A stretch of 64,000 nucleotides of DNA from Selaginella moellendorffii (lineage: Eukaryota; Plantae; Lycopodiophyta): contig NW_003314287.1 in NCBI RefSeq assembly GCF_000143415.4, forward strand, positions 1,076,203 to 1,140,202. The letters are read 5' to 3'. Positions within the stretch are counted from its first letter, which is position 1; every line of letters begins with the position of its first letter. Shown here piece by piece: positions 60,378-64,000 of this stretch. The position numbers and the translations under genes were made by a program. Under the pieces are notes generated by a model. The model made no database searches and was not told the origin of the DNA. It was given only the letters and a program-made list of their open reading frames with translations.

Positions 60378-62975
60378 ATGCGCGCCATGAGGAATCTGGT
60401 GCTGCCCGCGCTCCTCCTCCTCTTCTCCACGCTCGCGATCGTCCAGGCGGCCGTGTTTAGCGTGGATCTTGGCGCGGAATGGATGAAGGTCGCGGTTGTG
60501 GACGTGAAGCCCGGGCAGAGCCCGATCGGTGTAGCGCTCAATGAGATGTCCAAGAGGAAATCCTCGTCCGTGGTGGCATTCTCTGGCGGGAACCGGCTCC
60601 TGGCCGAGGAGGCCATGGGCATCGCGGCCAGGTTTCCGGAGAGAGTTTATTCCAGGGTCAGGGACATGGTTGGGAAGCCCAGCGAATCAGTCAAGAGAAT
60701 CGCGAGCGCCAGCTATCTTCCCTACGATTTTGTAGAAGAGAGTCCCCAGGTAACAAGCATTCGTGTAGATAGCCAGGAACTATATAGATCAGAGGAGCTT
60801 CTGGGGATGATACTTGGCTACTGCCGTGGATTGGCCGAGGCTAACGTCAAGGCTACCGTGAAGGACGCGGTCATCACTGTGCCACCTTACTTTGGTCAGT
60901 CCGAGAGACAAGCAGTGATAGCAGCAGCCCAGGCTGCTGGGATCAACGTCTTGTCTCTCATGAACGAGCACGCTGCAGCGGCCCTCCAGTATGGTATTGA
61001 CAAGGATTTCTCGACCGAGCCCAGATACGTTCTCTTCTACGACATGGGAGCCAACAGTGCTTTCGCTGCGGTGGTTCTCTTCTCCTCGTACTCTGCGAAG
61101 GAGTATGGGAAGAATGTATCACACAACTACTTCGAGCTCAAAGGCATCAGGTGGGACGCGGAGATTGGCGGCCAGAACTTGGAACTGCGGCTGGTGGAGC
61201 ACTTTGCGAAGGAGTTTGAGAAGAAGACGGGCGTGGACGTGAGGGCGTTTCCCAAGGCCGTGGCCAAGTTGAAGAAGCAGGCCAAGCGGGCAAAGGAGAT
61301 TCTGAGTGCCAACACTGAAGCGAGCTTCTTCGTGGACTCCCTCTACGACGATCAAGACTTTAAGAGCCACATCACGAGGCAGGCATTTGAGGAGCTGTGT
61401 AGTGATCTGTGGGAGCGGGCTGTCATACCGTTGCAGAAGGTTTTAGAGGACGTTGGAATGACTTCCGAGCAACTCTACGCTGTGGAGCTTCTAGGTGGTG
61501 GGACTCGCGTGCCGAAGCTGCAACAGGTCCTCGCTCAGGCTCTGGGAAAGAAGCCTCTCGAGAGACATCTCGATGCGGACGAAGCTATCACCTTGGGGGC
61601 CGCGTTGTATGCGGCGAACATCAGCGACGGAATCAAGCTAAACAGGAAGATAGGGATGTTTGATGGAGCTTCCTATGGTGTCGTCCTGAAAGTGAACGAT
61701 GACGGGCCATATGAGCTGGTGGTTCCAAGGCTGAGGCGGATTCCAGTCAAGTTGGCGAGAGCTGTGAAGCAGCAGGAGGACTATGAGCTTTCCCTGCACT
61801 ACGATCCAGAGGGAGAGCTGCCGCTGGGCATCATTGATCGGGAAATAGCGGCGTTCAAGATCTCCGGTGTGACGGACTCGGTCGCGAAGTACTCGTCTTA
61901 CAACCTCTCGGCTCCCATCAAGAGTGTGCTCCACTTCGCATTGTCTCGAAGCGGGGTGCTTTCCTTGGATCGCGCCGAGACCGTCGTGGAATTTACCGAG
62001 TTGGTCGAGGTGCCTGTCAACGTCAGTACCAACGCTACTACCACTCTGGAGAGCACCTCCAATGCGTCTGTCGCGGAGAACGTGACTCAGGCTCCCGTCG
62101 AAACAATCATGGAGAAGAAGCTGAAGAAGAAGACGATCCGGATTCCTTCGAAACTCGAGGTTCTCCGGGACACTGGTGCTTACTCGGAGGATCAAGTGGC
62201 GCAGTTCCGTAGCAGGCTCGACAGGCTCAAGGAGCTCGACGACGAGAAGCGGCAGACTGAAGAGGCAAAGAACAACCTCGAGTCGTACATCTACACGACC
62301 AAGGAGATGCTTGACACAATCAAGGATCTGTCCAAGGTATCCACTGAGAAGCAGCGGCAGGAGTTCCTGGCGAGGCTGGACGAGGCTGGCGAGTGGCTCT
62401 ACTCGGATGGGGAGGCCGCGACGGCGTCGGAGTTTAAGAAGCGGCTGGGAGAGCTCAAGGCGATTGGCGATCCCATCTTCTTCAGGCTAGAGCAGCTCAC
62501 GGCGAGGCCAGCGGCGATGGAAGCCGCGCGGGGTTCGTTGGTGGAGTCCGAAGCGGCCATCCACGAGTGGAAGGAGAAGAAGCCGTGGATCTCCGACGCG
62601 GAGGTGCGAAAAGAGGGCCAGAAGCTGGTGGACTGGATCGAGGCCAAGGAGTCCGAGCAGGCGAAGGTGGCGGATCACGAGCAGCCGGCATTCTCGTCGA
62701 CCGAGGTGTACGCCAGGATCGAGAAGTTTAGAGTGCTGGTTGCCAGGACTGGCGCGCAGAAGGCACCAAAGCCACCAAAGATCGAGGAGGTGGTGAAGAA
62801 CGATGCTGGATCCGAGGAGCCGAAGGTTGGAGAGGAAAATCCAGGAGCGAGCAGCGGTGGTGGTGACAGTAACTCGGGATCGACACAAGAGGGGGAGAGG
62901 GAGATCGAGAGCCCGGATCAAGCGCAAGCGTTTGAGGATGAATCTTCGACTACTCCACTCCGGGACGAGCTCTAG
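60378..62975 (+). CDS. HSP70-17: ER-luminal HSP70/HSP110-type nucleotide exchange factor (HYOU1/GRP170/HSP70-17), intronless
   Basis: Signal peptide, SVDLGAEWMKVA, NEMSKRK, VITVPPYFGQSER, FYDMGA, GGGTRVPKLQ, KNNLESYIY, C-terminal RDEL. Confidence 0.95.
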   Translation: MRAMRNLVLPALLLLFSTLAIVQAAVFSVDLGAEWMKVAVVDVKPGQSPIGVALNEMSKRKSSSVVAFSGGNRLLAEEAMGIAARFPERVYSRVRDMVGKPSESVKRIASASYLPYDFVEESPQVTSIRVDSQELYRSEELLGMILGYCRGLAEANVKATVKDAVITVPPYFGQSERQAVIAAAQAAGINVLSLMNEHAAAALQYGIDKDFSTEPRYVLFYDMGANSAFAAVVLFSSYSAKEYGKNVSHNYFELKGIRWDAEIGGQNLELRLVEHFAKEFEKKTGVDVRAFPKAVAKLKKQAKRAKEILSANTEASFFVDSLYDDQDFKSHITRQAFEELCSDLWERAVIPLQKVLEDVGMTSEQLYAVELLGGGTRVPKLQQVLAQALGKKPLERHLDADEAITLGAALYAANISDGIKLNRKIGMFDGASYGVVLKVNDDGPYELVVPRLRRIPVKLARAVKQQEDYELSLHYDPEGELPLGIIDREIAAFKISGVTDSVAKYSSYNLSAPIKSVLHFALSRSGVLSLDRAETVVEFTELVEVPVNVSTNATTTLESTSNASVAENVTQAPVETIMEKKLKKKTIRIPSKLEVLRDTGAYSEDQVAQFRSRLDRLKELDDEKRQTEEAKNNLESYIYTTKEMLDTIKDLSKVSTEKQRQEFLARLDEAGEWLYSDGEAATASEFKKRLGELKAIGDPIFFRLEQLTARPAAMEAARGSLVESEAAIHEWKEKKPWISDAEVRKEGQKLVDWIEAKESEQAKVADHEQPAFSSTEVYARIEKFRVLVARTGAQKAPKPPKIEEVVKNDAGSEEPKVGEENPGASSGGGDSNSGSTQEGEREIESPDQAQAFEDESSTTPLRDEL

Positions 62976-63323
62976 CTAGCCACATTGTTTTCATTTTGTT
63001 TGTCCTACAGTAAGAAGTGATATACAGATATTTTCTATAAAGTATCATCCATGGAGTGATATACAAATCTTTTTTCCAAAACGAAACGTTTGTGATTTGA
63101 TGATATCGTCTTTGCAGCTCGCAAAGTATAGCTGCTACATACATACACACTTTCCAGAAATTATTACGACGAGGAATGCCTGTATAGTAATGTTTTCTCC
63201 ATTTTTTTTGGTTTGTTTTCGGATCTTTGCTCACACACCACCACCACCCATGATATTAAGAGTGCCAAACCTCTTTCTTTCCAGACAGAAAGATTGTATC
63301 GTGGCACGGAGCCGGGCTCTCAC

Positions 63324-63810
63324 TCATTTCCCACCGAAGAGATAGCCGAGCGAAGAACCACCGCCGGGAGCCGAGTGGACTTTGGTCGATGGGCGGTCCT
63401 GTAAGAACGAGAACAAGGTAGGAAAGTTTTAGTTCTTCCATCAGTGGAACAGATCGAGAAAGAAGAGAGAAAATGGTCTGAGATGGTCTTACCGTGATGA
63501 AGTTGCCAGTGTTTTGGCCATCAGCGCGGTGGTAATTGTTGTTGTTCCTGCCTAGCTTGACAACACCAGCGTCGCCATTCTCTTCGTGCTTGCAAGCGGC
63601 CGGGGCATGCGTGGGCGTTGGAGTGGGATGATTCCTCGAAATGCCGGCCGGAGGCGGCGTCGCAGCAGCAGCGGCGGCAGCGGCAGCGGCGGGAGGTTGC
63701 TGCTGCGGCGGAGGCGGGGCCGAAGGTCTGGAGCACTTGGCCGGCTCGTCAGATCCAAACAAGTAGCCCAGGGAGCTCTGCCCTCCACCACTGCTCACAC
63801 CGCGACCCAT
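63324..63810 (-). CDS. SP1L: SPIRAL1-like microtubule-associated protein (exons 63493-63810, 63324-63398)
   Basis: MGRGVSSGGGQSSLGYLFG..NNYHRADGQNTGNFIT|DRPSTKVHSAPGGGSSLGYLFGGK*. Confidence 0.95.
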
Positions 63811-64000
63811 TGTCGAGCGAGGGAGATCTGCGAAACCCTAGAAAGACCGGCCCTAAAATCAGATCGGCGCGGCCGCGGCGACGATGATGCAGGCAAGCAA
63901 CAGTATAGCAACAGTGCAAGAAGATCCTCCACACAATGCAGGCAAGGCAAGCGAGAAATTTTCACGAACCTGGGGAAACTCCCGCAAATCTAGCCGCGAT

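Noticed and set aside
57336-62927. Long antisense or alternative-frame ORFs over the PPR, At4g32610-like and HSP70 genes
   Set aside because: Expected shadows of GC-rich coding sequence.

Overview
Eukaryotic plant nuclear DNA, most likely the lycophyte Selaginella. This is inferred from an intronless microbial-type terpene synthase, ~50-60 bp introns, very high gene density and many PLS-class PPR genes. The first ~45 kb is an accessory region. It holds one intact microbial terpene synthase-like (MTPSL) gene (44229-45290) with at least five decayed copies, and two copies of a short-LTR Ty3/Gypsy family (1013-5971, 37019-42015); the first copy sits inside a decayed Rep-Helicase-Endonuclease Helentron. 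It also holds a young non-autonomous LTR element (29307-36434), a ~7 kb inverted duplication carrying a chimeric beta-tubulin/His-rich membrane protein gene, a tRNA-Glu, a histidine-phosphatase-family gene and a PPR gene. The last ~18 kb is a dense block of conserved genes: a CHD7-type remodeller, a NudC-type NADH pyrophosphatase fused in frame to a PHPT1/Janus phosphohistidine phosphatase domain, UBC1/2 (RAD6), an At4g36440-like membrane protein, a PPR, an At4g32610-like protein, an intronless ER HSP70 (HYOU1/HSP70-17) and a SPIRAL1-like gene. The strongest novelty candidates are the NudC-PHPT1 fusion, the chimeric gene in the inverted repeat, the G-box array in the MTPSL promoter, the -1 frameshift pseudoknot of the Gypsy family and the endonuclease-bearing Helentron. 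All calls come from manual reading and remembered family motifs; no database searches were run.
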